Origin: a virus
Taxonomy: Duplodnaviria > Heunggongvirae > Uroviricota > Caudoviricetes
Strand: one strand, 5' to 3'
IMG/VR virus record: IMGVR_UViG_3300044445_000054
DNA length: 21,973 bases
Part shown: positions 1 to 8,678 of the stretch, one piece after another
Layout: every line of letters begins with the position of its first letter
Position numbering within the stretch: the stretch's first letter is position 1
Made by a program: the position numbers and the translations under genes
Notes under the pieces: generated by a model
The model's database searches: none
Seen by the model: the letters and a program-made list of their open reading frames with translations, nothing else
What the model was told of the DNA's origin: nothing

Positions 1-2
1 TC

Positions 3-71
3 GTCCTGACCGAAGAGTTGATGTACGGCGACACCAAGCGGCTGGTGCAGCACATCGTGAGGGAGGGGTAA
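3..71 (+). CDS. 3' end of a gene running in from the left edge, probably the tape measure protein
   Basis: Frame from 3 reads VLTEELMYGDTKRLVQHIVREG* with GC-rich codon usage. TAA (69-71) overlaps the next ATG (TAATG). The tape-measure identity is inferred only from position upstream of minor tail genes. Confidence 0.45.
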   Translation, partial: VLTEELMYGDTKRLVQHIVREG

Positions 72-472
72 TGGCGATCTTCAACTTCTGCCCCACCGGG
101 ACGGTGCCAGAGACATTGCCGCGCGATGCGCCGCAGACTGCCATGACCATGAACGGCTGGCAGTTCGCGGCCCGTCCGACCACGCCGTACCAGCGCAAGT
201 TCAAGCTGACGCTCTACGGCCTGCGGTGGTTTATTCGTGAGACCGACGGTAGCTTCGACACGACGACGCAGACCAGCATCAACGCCCGTTTGCTTGAGCT
301 ATTCTATCAGGAGCACGAGACGTGGAAGCCGTTTACTTATCGACATCAGCACTTCGGTGACCTCGAATGTCGTTTTGCTACCCCGCTGATCGTGCCCGCT
401 GGTATGCCCAACAGCAACGGCCTCATCAAGTCGGTCGAGGCGACCCTCATCGAACACAATCCGGGGTACTAA
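71..472 (+). CDS. Minor tail protein (distal tail / lambda gpM-like by position and size)
   Basis: 133 aa, translationally coupled. Aromatic beta-rich pattern (F..FY..H..WKPF.Y.H..FG.L.CRF) resembles gpM-type proteins. Lies between the probable tape measure and J. Confidence 0.55.
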   Translation: MAIFNFCPTGTVPETLPRDAPQTAMTMNGWQFAARPTTPYQRKFKLTLYGLRWFIRETDGSFDTTTQTSINARLLELFYQEHETWKPFTYRHQHFGDLECRFATPLIVPAGMPNSNGLIKSVEATLIEHNPGY

Positions 473-473
473 G

Positions 474-1025
474 ATGGTCTCGCTCACCTCCGTCAGCCGC
501 CGCTTCGAGCTGCCCTTCACGGTGATCGAGGGCGGGCGCGGGCGCGTCATGGCCATCCTGTCCGAGACGGACCAGAACTCGCAGCCCAGCTACGTGTTCG
601 TCCAGCCCCGCCACGTTCTGCGCACCCCGGCCCAGACCGCGTTGCGCGCCGGGATGGTCCTGCGCTCGCCGGGCGGCGCGACGTTCATCGTCGGCGAGAA
701 CGGTCCGTCGGAGCAGGTCGAGGGCACGCTGTGGCAGAGCTTCCGGCTGTTCGAGCCGACCGGCCGCTACCGCTGGGAGCGTCGCAGCCGCATCATGGAC
801 CCGATCGCCAAGCAATATAAGGAAGGCCCGATCGAGCTGCTCGGCATGATTTGGGCCGCTGTCGAGCCGCTGGACCGCGAGCAGTCGGACCGCGAGATGC
901 GGGTCAACTTCGAGCAGGCACGGTTCATCACCGGCTCGCCGGTTGCCAGTGGTGATCTGATTGGCAACCGCACCATCACCAAGCTGGACAAGCAGCTTGG
1001 TCTTCGGATAGGCGTCGTCACCTAA
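474..1025 (+). CDS. Virion structural protein of unknown function (tail region)
   Basis: 183 aa, tightly packed with neighbours, phage-typical codon usage. No family recognised with confidence. Confidence 0.5.
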   Translation: MVSLTSVSRRFELPFTVIEGGRGRVMAILSETDQNSQPSYVFVQPRHVLRTPAQTALRAGMVLRSPGGATFIVGENGPSEQVEGTLWQSFRLFEPTGRYRWERRSRIMDPIAKQYKEGPIELLGMIWAAVEPLDREQSDREMRVNFEQARFITGSPVASGDLIGNRTITKLDKQLGLRIGVVT

Positions 1026-1034
1026 GAGGTGTCG

Positions 1035-4000
1035 ATGTTCATTGGTTCCAAGGGCGGCGGATCAGCCTCCTTCAAGCAGACCCCGGATAACCTGCGCTCG
1101 AACGACACGTTCGAGGGCGTCCTCGGCCTGTGCGTCGGCCCGATCAAGGGGCCGAAGCGCGGCCTCAAGTCGATCAAGATCAACGACACGGCGCTGGAGA
1201 ATGCATCCGGCCAGCAGAACTTCGAGGACTTCGTCGCGACGTTCGGCGACGGCGACCCGCTCAAGTTCCCGCAGAAGGTCCAGCTCAAGCTCGGCGCGGG
1301 TGCCGCGCCCAGTCAGGTCGGCATCACGCTCGGCACGGGCGTCACCGTCACGCGCACTCTGGCGAACATCAACGCCGACTTCGTCGACATGCGCTTCATC
1401 GCGCAGCAGCTGTTCCGGCAGGACGCCAAGGGCCAGTACAACGCCACCGCCACGCTCAAGATCGAGATGAAGCCGGTCGGCTCCTCGACATGGATCAACC
1501 CCACGATCGGGACGCCGACCTACACCTATCAGGAGCAGGGCGTCACGATCGCGGGCATGTTCGCGCGCATGCTCCTGCCGCGCGACTACTTCGACGGCGC
1601 GGGCAACTACCGCCCCGGCCCGACGAACTACGCCATCACCGGCAAGACCAGCAGCCCCGCCGTCTACGAGCTGCGCATCGGCCTGCCCAACGACGGCGCG
1701 TACGCGAACACGGCGTGGGACATCCGCGTCACCCTGATCGAGCGCGACAGCTACGTCGGCGGGAAAGACAACGCCGATCAGGAGAAGCGCACGATTACGT
1801 GGGAGTCGATGGCGGCGGTCTACGGCACTCAGATGGGCGACCACGAGGACTGGCGTGGACTGGCGTGGCTCCAGCTGTACGGCAAGGCGTCCGACGCGCT
1901 GACGGGCGTGCCGGAAGTGACGGGCGAATACGACACCAAGATCGTGTCGGTGCCGCCCTCGAATATCTTCAATCCCGCGACGCGCGCGTACACCGCGGGC
2001 GTCTGGGACGGCTCGTGGGTCAAGGCCTTCACGACCGATCCGGCGTGGGTCATCAATGATGCGATCTCGGACAGCCTGTCCGGTCTCTCGCTCGTCGCGC
2101 GCGGCTCCTACCTGAACAAGTGGGACGCGCTGGAGCTGTCGAAGTATTGCTCGGAGCTGGTGCCCAACGGCAACGGCGGCACGCACCCGCGCTACAACAT
2201 GAACCTGACGGTGACCGAGCCGCAGAAGGCGGAGGAGTTCATCCGCTATCTCGCGGGCGCGGTCGGCGCGCTGGCCTGGGATCAGGGCAACGGCGAGTGG
2301 CGCGTCAAGGTCGACAAGGCCGACAACCCGGTCGACCTGTTCACGCTCGACAATATCGAAGGCGAGTTCCTCTACTCGCACACCGACGTCGACACGCGGT
2401 TCAACGACATCACCGGCAAGTTCAAGAACGCTGCGATGGATTACCGCGAGGACGCGGTCCAGCTGTTCGACAACACCTCGATCGCGCTGATCGGCCGCAA
2501 GCCGACGACGATCGCGCTGGTCGGCTGCACCGATCGGCAGGAGGCGATGCGCCGCGTCAAGCTGCGGCTGCGCTCGACGGTGAACGAGAACCGCAACGTC
2601 ACCTTCACGCTGAACCGCCGCGGCCGGAACATCGAGCCGCTGTCCACCGTGCTGATCGCCGACGGCGACCTCGGCGATCTGGACAAGCAGACGACGGGCC
2701 GCATCGTCGCGCTCTCCGCTGATCGCAAGACGGTGACGCTGCGTGACCCGGTCTATCTGGCACCGGGCATCCCGTACAAGCTGTGGTTCGCGCAGATCAA
2801 TCCGAGCTACTCGCCGGACCGCTCGACGCAGCCGACCGACCCGAACTGGAAGCTGCCGACCGTCGCGCTCTCGCGCACCGTCACGAACGCGGCAGGCGCG
2901 GGCATCAAGGTCATCACGCTCGACACCGCGCTGCCGACCGACATCGACCTCAATGCCAACGTCGCGCTGGAAGCGCCGGGTCTGCCGACGATCCCCCGCC
3001 TGTTCCGCGTGATCTCGGTCATGCCGCAGGACGACGGCGAGCGCGTCTCGATCTCGGCCATCAACATCGACACCGGCAAGTGGTCGGCGTCGGACAACGT
3101 GTCGAAGCAGGACACGGTCTTCCAAGACCTGCGTGGCGCGGTGCCACCGCCCGAGACCGTCAACAGCGCGCCGCTGCTGTCGCTGGTTCGCATCCTCGGC
3201 GACCGCTCGATCCAGATCGGCTTGCAAGCCAGCTGGGTGCGCCCGGCGGGCGCGTTCATCAGCGGCTTCCGCGTGCGCTACAGCGTCAACGGCGGCGCGA
3301 TGCAGACCGCAGTGGACCAGCAGCAGACGACGACGTGGGAGCTGCCGGACGCACCGATCGGTACCTACTACGTCGAGGTCACGACGATGGATCGCCGCGG
3401 CGGCTACAGCCTGCCGCTGACGGGCACGATCGACGTGACGCAGAGCGCGATCGACGAGCTGCGCAACCGCGTGGACGCGATCTACGCCGACAACCTCATC
3501 ACGGCCGGTCGCGAGAAGGAGCGGCTGATCGCCGACTTCGCTGAGATCACGGCCCTCTTCAACGCGCTGTCGACGCAGTACAGCAACCTCGGCTCGCCGA
3601 CGGATGTGACGCCCTCGCGCAACAACGCGGTGGCGGCGATGACCGCGCTCGGCACCTACCTCAACACGCTGTCGCCTGCGTGGAATAACGCCGCCGTCGA
3701 CACGCCGATCGTGCGCGACGAATACAAGAGCGTGTGGCAGACCGCCCACGCCCGGCTCGCCACCTTCTCGGCGACCATCACCGGCCGCGCAGGCTCGGAC
3801 GGCGCGAGCGTCTACAACCTTGTGGCCGACACCGCCGCCACGTTGATCGAGGTGAACAAGGTCAGCGGTGTGGGCGGAGGCGGCTGGGGCCAAGCACATG
3901 CCCACACGATCGAGAAGTACAAGGACGGTGCGGTCGCCTCGTGGATCATTCCGCCGGACGGCAGCAACGCCGCTAACACGATGGCTGGTCTGACGACGCA

Positions 4001-6185
4001 CCCGAACGACTATTTGTCGGGTGGTGCGTACAGCTACTTCGACATCAGCTTCGCGATCCACCGCAACGACATCGGTCAAATCTACATCTACAGCGACGGT
4101 AACCAGCTGGGGCCGATCGTCAAAACTGTCGATCCCAAGACCCAAGCCACTCGCTGTCAGGTGAAGTACGACGGGCTGAGCACGGTGTTCTTCTACGTCG
4201 ATGACGTCGAGGTGCGTCAATTTACGTGGGCCTTTAACCAACCTTTGGCCTTTTCGGTGGCGCTCGCCTCGAACCGGCCCAGCATCACCGACATCACCTT
4301 CGCTCCGATGGGCGCACGCGGCGCGAACGGGACCAGCGCCTACTCGGCGATCCTGTCGAATGAGGCGCACCCGCTGCCCGCCGACAAGGACGGCAACGTC
4401 ACGAGCTACGCAGGTGCGTCGACTTCGGTGAAGGTCTTCTACGGCGCGCTCGACGTGACCTCGTACTTCAGCGCGTCGATCGTCGGCGGCGACAATCCCC
4501 AGAACCTGTCGCTGGGTGGTAGCTACCCGAACTACACGCTGACGGGCGGCGTCGATGCGAACGAGGACAGCGCCTCGATCACCTTCACGCTGACGGGCAC
4601 GGCGGCTTACAGCGGCGTCATCCTCAAGAAGACGTGGAGCTTCGCCAAGTCGCGGGCAGGCACCGACGGCAGTCCACCGCCGCTCATCACGCTCACGTCT
4701 GACAAGGACGTGGCCGCCTACGACACGAATGGCACCTATGTCGGCGGGCCGATCCGTTTCACTTCCGTCCGCCAGAACATTCCCGGCCCCAACACCTACT
4801 TCAAGATCGTTCGGGTGTCGGACGGAGCGGTGCTTGTCGCCAACACGCCGGAAGCGCTGGCATCCGGCGTGCCCAGCTACTTTGCGGGCAGCGGCGGCGA
4901 CCTGTTCATCCTGTCGGCCACTGCCGTGCGCGATTACATCAATGCCTACGGCACCATCCAGATCGTCGCGTATCGCGACGGCTATGCGGTCGTCGACACG
5001 GTCAGCATCGGCAAGGTGCAGGATGGCGCGCCCGGCGTCAACGCACCGCTGATCGTCACGCAGTGGTCGGTCGACGGCCTGTCGAACTGGCACCCGAATT
5101 ACGCGGCGGGCGACCTGTACCAGCGCCAGTCGAACAACGGCGGCACGACGTTCGGCGCGGTCTATCGCGTCATCGGCGAGGATGCGACCGGCAACGATGG
5201 TGTGACCCCCGTCATCGTATTCAGGCGGTCCGCTACCGCGCCTGCCTCGCCTGTCAACAACACCGGCTTGACGCCCTCCGGGTGGTCGGATGGCCCGCCG
5301 CCGGGCGGCGACATCCTGTGGCAGTCGAAGGCCAACTTCCTCAACAATGTGCAGCAGACCGTGTGGTCGACGCCTGTGCGGATCACCGGGCCTGACGGCC
5401 CTCCGGGCAACCCCGGCACGCCCGCGACGGTGGTGACGGCCAGCACCACGACACTGATCTATCTGCGTAACAGCGATGGTTCGATCAAGGTCGGCAGCGA
5501 CTTCAAAGAAATCGTCATGACCATGAAGCGCGGCGACGTGGACGTCAGCGGTTCCGCAACGTGGTCCGTGGCCGGTGTCGTCAACGGTGCCTCGGGGTTT
5601 GGTGTCGGCGGACGGCCCGTCAATATGGCGATCATCGATCAGGTCTCGGGCAACGGCTACGCGGATTTCACCGGCACCTATCTGGGTGTCAGCCAGACCG
5701 TGCGCGTGGTCTTTACCATTCAGCGTGACGCCGCACCGCCTGCGGGCAACACCTCGCTGTCGACCGCAATCGACGCTGGCTTGGGTTCCAGTCAGACCTC
5801 GTATCCGGCTGGTCAGCCGAACGGTAAGGTGCTGACGGTGGCCGCCAGTCCGAGCGGTCAGCTGCAAGTGTTGTATTACAACACCTACTATGCGGACTAT
5901 AATTTTAGCGGAAACCGGCCGGTGCGCTTTGTCGTCGCGGGCATCCCCCGTTACCGCATCCCCGGTGGTACGTGGATCGATTTTCCTGGTGGTGAGAATG
6001 TCGGCAGTGACGCCCGCGGTACGGCGTTGGAGCCGATCGAGGGCACCCTTGGTATCACCAGAACAGTCACTGGACTGAGCGCCAACATTCAGTACGAGGT
6101 TGGCGTCGCCATTCGATGCGCCGCAGCGGCCAACACAGGTCAAGTTGGTATGTCCGGCGACCTTACTGTAAGGCAACCGCTATGA
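1035..6185 (+). CDS. Tail tip / central tail fibre, lambda gpJ-like host-specificity protein with a long modular C-terminal extension
   Basis: N-terminus (GSKGGG...PDNLRS...GPIKG..GLKSIKINDT) follows the lambda J pattern. Internal DPAW and F.FT..N motifs and an FN3-like segment are present. SD AAGAGG lies 5 nt before ATG 1035, preferred over GTG 1029. Confidence 0.85.
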   Translation: MFIGSKGGGSASFKQTPDNLRSNDTFEGVLGLCVGPIKGPKRGLKSIKINDTALENASGQQNFEDFVATFGDGDPLKFPQKVQLKLGAGAAPSQVGITLGTGVTVTRTLANINADFVDMRFIAQQLFRQDAKGQYNATATLKIEMKPVGSSTWINPTIGTPTYTYQEQGVTIAGMFARMLLPRDYFDGAGNYRPGPTNYAITGKTSSPAVYELRIGLPNDGAYANTAWDIRVTLIERDSYVGGKDNADQEKRTITWESMAAVYGTQMGDHEDWRGLAWLQLYGKASDALTGVPEVTGEYDTKIVSVPPSNIFNPATRAYTAGVWDGSWVKAFTTDPAWVINDAISDSLSGLSLVARGSYLNKWDALELSKYCSELVPNGNGGTHPRYNMNLTVTEPQKAEEFIRYLAGAVGALAWDQGNGEWRVKVDKADNPVDLFTLDNIEGEFLYSHTDVDTRFNDITGKFKNAAMDYREDAVQLFDNTSIALIGRKPTTIALVGCTDRQEAMRRVKLRLRSTVNENRNVTFTLNRRGRNIEPLSTVLIADGDLGDLDKQTTGRIVALSADRKTVTLRDPVYLAPGIPYKLWFAQINPSYSPDRSTQPTDPNWKLPTVALSRTVTNAAGAGIKVITLDTALPTDIDLNANVALEAPGLPTIPRLFRVISVMPQDDGERVSISAINIDTGKWSASDNVSKQDTVFQDLRGAVPPPETVNSAPLLSLVRILGDRSIQIGLQASWVRPAGAFISGFRVRYSVNGGAMQTAVDQQQTTTWELPDAPIGTYYVEVTTMDRRGGYSLPLTGTIDVTQSAIDELRNRVDAIYADNLITAGREKERLIADFAEITALFNALSTQYSNLGSPTDVTPSRNNAVAAMTALGTYLNTLSPAWNNAAVDTPIVRDEYKSVWQTAHARLATFSATITGRAGSDGASVYNLVADTAATLIEVNKVSGVGGGGWGQAHAHTIEKYKDGAVASWIIPPDGSNAANTMAGLTTHPNDYLSGGAYSYFDISFAIHRNDIGQIYIYSDGNQLGPIVKTVDPKTQATRCQVKYDGLSTVFFYVDDVEVRQFTWAFNQPLAFSVALASNRPSITDITFAPMGARGANGTSAYSAILSNEAHPLPADKDGNVTSYAGASTSVKVFYGALDVTSYFSASIVGGDNPQNLSLGGSYPNYTLTGGVDANEDSASITFTLTGTAAYSGVILKKTWSFAKSRAGTDGSPPPLITLTSDKDVAAYDTNGTYVGGPIRFTSVRQNIPGPNTYFKIVRVSDGAVLVANTPEALASGVPSYFAGSGGDLFILSATAVRDYINAYGTIQIVAYRDGYAVVDTVSIGKVQDGAPGVNAPLIVTQWSVDGLSNWHPNYAAGDLYQRQSNNGGTTFGAVYRVIGEDATGNDGVTPVIVFRRSATAPASPVNNTGLTPSGWSDGPPPGGDILWQSKANFLNNVQQTVWSTPVRITGPDGPPGNPGTPATVVTASTTTLIYLRNSDGSIKVGSDFKEIVMTMKRGDVDVSGSATWSVAGVVNGASGFGVGGRPVNMAIIDQVSGNGYADFTGTYLGVSQTVRVVFTIQRDAAPPAGNTSLSTAIDAGLGSSQTSYPAGQPNGKVLTVAASPSGQLQVLYYNTYYADYNFSGNRPVRFVVAGIPRYRIPGGTWIDFPGGENVGSDARGTALEPIEGTLGITRTVTGLSANIQYEVGVAIRCAAAANTGQVGMSGDLTVRQPL

Positions 6186-6781
6186 AGTATTGGGCCGTCT
6201 ACCTGACCACGACGGGTGAGATTGTCTCCCAAGTCAACTGTCCCACACACCCCCGGTTCAACGGGTTTCCTTGGGATGGCACCATCCACACGGCTAAAGA
6301 ACTGCCTGCTGGTGGTGACGAGGCGTACCAGACTTGGAACAAGACCACCAAGACTTGGGAGGAAGACCCGACCAAGGTCGAGACCATGCTGCTCGACGAC
6401 ATCAAGCGCAAGGCCGAGCAGCTGAAGATGGGGTCGCTGTCGCCGGGCGGTGCGAAGAAGACCGAGTACGCCGACAAGGCCCGCGAGATTGTGGCGTGGG
6501 ACCAGCTCGGCGGCACGCTGGCGGCGATCCTCGCCGCGCTCGCGCTGCTGCCGCCCGACGTGCGCGCGGTGCGGTTCGCCTATGCCTATGCGGATGCGGC
6601 AGCGCACGGCGACACGCCGCAGGCGGCGATCGCGCGCTTCAAGGCAGGCATGACGAAGTCGAACCCGGTGCCGCGGCTGGCCGCCTTCGAGGCAAAGCTG
6701 TGTCTGGACATAAAAAATGCCGCGACCGCCGCGCAGAAGCGGGCGGTCGCGGCGGCAGCTGCCACGAAGTGGCCTAGCTGA
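6182..6781 (+). CDS. Tail-fibre assembly chaperone-like protein
   Basis: ATG 6182 overlaps the J stop (ATGA); 199 aa. The W..D...W..D segment followed by an Ala-rich helical C-terminus is typical of proteins encoded right after tail fibres. Confidence 0.55.
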   Translation: MKYWAVYLTTTGEIVSQVNCPTHPRFNGFPWDGTIHTAKELPAGGDEAYQTWNKTTKTWEEDPTKVETMLLDDIKRKAEQLKMGSLSPGGAKKTEYADKAREIVAWDQLGGTLAAILAALALLPPDVRAVRFAYAYADAAAHGDTPQAAIARFKAGMTKSNPVPRLAAFEAKLCLDIKNAATAAQKRAVAAAAATKWPS

Positions 6782-7247
6782 GCTTCGTCTCGGGCGCGAA
6801 CCGGCGGATCATGTCACCCGCCTTGCCCGGCAGCGGGCGGTCGTCGGACAGGTTGCCGGTCTCCATCGCGTCGAGCACGATCGCCGAGCAGGCCATCGCA
6901 TGGCCAAGGTGGTGGACGTGGCTGATCGGATCGTAGTCCTCGCCGTCGAGGAACTGGAGCATGTGGCGCATCGCCGCGGCGACATACACGCGGGCCAGCA
7001 CCGGGTTCTCGCGCCAGTTGAACGGCCCGTACTTCTTGGCACCGTCCATCATGGCGGTCGCCAGATGCAGCGACGCCGACGGCGGCACGACCGACAGGTC
7101 GACCTTGGTCGCACCGATCAAGTCCTTGGGGTTGATCCCGGCCGGGGTCGGGGCAACGCGCTCCAGCACTTCCTCGGTAATGTCGATCGGGACGGGGATG
7201 CCCTCGGCGCGGAGCGCGGCGGCGGGGTCGAAGGGAGTGTCGGTCAT
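6774..7247 (-). CDS. DUF5664-like (dATP/dGTP diphosphohydrolase family) protein
   Basis: 157 aa with the family pattern K.DLS..P...GAKKYG..NWR...Y..AA.RH...F..GED.DP.S...HL.HA.AC. ATGA-coupled to thyA. Confidence 0.75.
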   Translation of the reverse strand: MTDTPFDPAAALRAEGIPVPIDITEEVLERVAPTPAGINPKDLIGATKVDLSVVPPSASLHLATAMMDGAKKYGPFNWRENPVLARVYVAAAMRHMLQFLDGEDYDPISHVHHLGHAMACSAIVLDAMETGNLSDDRPLPGKAGDMIRRFAPETKLS

Positions 7248-8200
7248 ACGGATACCTCTGCCTTGATGGTGGGGTGGGGGTTGTAGTCGGTGAGGATGAT
7301 GTCCTCCGGCGTCAGCTCGAACAGCGTCTTGCCGTGGTTCAAGCGCCCAGCCTGCGGGAACGGACGCGGCGTACGCGACAGCTGCTCCTTCGCCTGCTCG
7401 ACGTGGTTGGCGTATAGGTGCAGGTCGCCGAAGGTGTGGATGAACTCACCCGGCTGGAGACCGACTTCCTGCGCGATCAGGCCCGTCAGCAGCGCGTAGC
7501 TCGCGATGTTGAACGGCACGCCGAGAAAGATGTCCGCGCTGCGCTGGTACAGCTGGCACGACAGCTTGCCGTCCTCGACATAGAACTGGAACAAGCAGTG
7601 GCAGGGGCGCAGCGCCATGTCGTCGAGGTCGGCCACGTTCCACGCACTGACGACGTGACCGCGGTCGTTCGGCTTGGTGCGCAGGTTCTCGATCAGCTGA
7701 CTGATTTGATCGATGGGCCTGCCGAGGCTATTCTCATATCCCCAAGCACGCCACTGGCCACCGTAGACCGGACCCAGCTCGCCGAGTTCGTTCGCCCACT
7801 CGTTCCAGATGTTGACCCCTTGTGACGCGAGGTCATTGGCATTCGTCGAGCCGGACAGCATCCAGAGCAGCTCGGCGACGACGCCCTTCCACCACACGTT
7901 CTTGGTGGTCAGCAGCGGGAAGCCCTTGGTCAGGTCGAAGCGTATCTGGCGGCCGAACACGCTGAACGTGCCGGTGCCAGTGCGGTCCTCGCGCGGGGTC
8001 GGGTCGGCCTCGTGCTTGTCGACCAGTTCCTGCAACAGGGCGAGGTACTGGAGTTCTTCGTGGTACGCTTCGCCGCCGGGGCCGCGCAGCATGGAGGCGT
8101 CGACCGACAGCTCCGCGCTGTTGCCGCCGAACGGCGTGACCATGCCGCCATTCGGATCGATCACGGTCACACCGTGGGTGATGATGAGGTCATGCTTCAT
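7244..8200 (-). CDS. thyA: Thymidylate synthase (ThyA type)
   Basis: Motifs [22 protein letters not shown], catalytic [24 protein letters not shown] (dUMP-specific Asn kept) and GDLHLY. Start at 8200 from the ATGA overlap with the upstream stop. Confidence 0.95.
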   Translation of the reverse strand: MKHDLIITHGVTVIDPNGGMVTPFGGNSAELSVDASMLRGPGGEAYHEELQYLALLQELVDKHEADPTPREDRTGTGTFSVFGRQIRFDLTKGFPLLTTKNVWWKGVVAELLWMLSGSTNANDLASQGVNIWNEWANELGELGPVYGGQWRAWGYENSLGRPIDQISQLIENLRTKPNDRGHVVSAWNVADLDDMALRPCHCLFQFYVEDGKLSCQLYQRSADIFLGVPFNIASYALLTGLIAQEVGLQPGEFIHTFGDLHLYANHVEQAKEQLSRTPRPFPQAGRLNHGKTLFELTPEDIILTDYNPHPTIKAEVSV

Positions 8201-8622
8201 GCGAGTGGCCTTCCAGTGAAGTAGCCCGGCCGCGGCTTGCGGTGACGGGACAGGGGGATCGAGCACAGGTGCAGCCATGCGCCGTCGCGGTGCGTGGCCA
8301 TGTCATGCGTACCTGCCTCGAACAGGATGCGGGCGCGGTGGACGCCGGGGTCGGTGTTCTCCCAGCCGCGGTCGTTGATGCGACGGCTGGCGACGATGTA
8401 CGGCTCCAGCTCCGCGCGCCCGACGCCGCCACTATGCTCGGACGACTCGGTCGTGTTCAGGCTGTGACGACGAACAACGGCCATCACTTCCTCGACGGTG
8501 GCACCCACCGTCTTGGAGGCTCGGAACGGCGAGAACCGCTTGGGGTTCAGACCGTGGATGCGCAGGATGTCTGCCTCGATTTCGGGGGTAACGCTCACTG
8601 ATATTCTCCGGTTGAATAACAT
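8197..8622 (-). CDS. Hypothetical protein, possible N-terminal helix-turn-helix
   Basis: 141 aa, stop coupled to the thyA start. [13 protein letters not shown]...[22 protein letters not shown] has three-helix HTH-like spacing (inference). Confidence 0.6.
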   Translation of the reverse strand: MLFNRRISVSVTPEIEADILRIHGLNPKRFSPFRASKTVGATVEEVMAVVRRHSLNTTESSEHSGGVGRAELEPYIVASRRINDRGWENTDPGVHRARILFEAGTHDMATHRDGAWLHLCSIPLSRHRKPRPGYFTGRPLA

Positions 8623-8648
8623 GCCCTTAGTCGATCGACAGAGGGCAT
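8621..8648. repeat. 28-bp near-perfect palindrome (operator or RNA hairpin)
   Basis: ATGCCCTTAGTCGA|TCGACAGAGGGCAT; 12 of 14 positions pair. Covers the RBS and part of the AUG of the 8622 gene. Confidence 0.75.
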
Positions 8649-8649
8649 C

Positions 8650-8678
8650 AATATAGATCGACGAAACTACCCTGTAAC
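8650..8678 (-). promoter_or_regulatory. Candidate sigma70 promoter for the hypothetical-thyA-DUF5664 operon
   Basis: GTTACA (8678-8673), 17 nt, TATATT (8655-8650) on the minus strand. Confidence 0.45.

Noticed and set aside
1062-6176. 1704-aa antisense ORF opposite the J gene
   Set aside because: It is in codon register with J. Antisense stops need TTA/CTA/TCA sense codons, which this GC-rich gene avoids. The translation is low-information Arg/Val/Ala-rich shadow.
7244-8200. ThyA as a base-modifying homologue (dCMP/dUMP hydroxymethylase)
   Set aside because: All canonical ThyA motifs, including PFNIASY, are retained; it looks like an ordinary thymidylate synthase.
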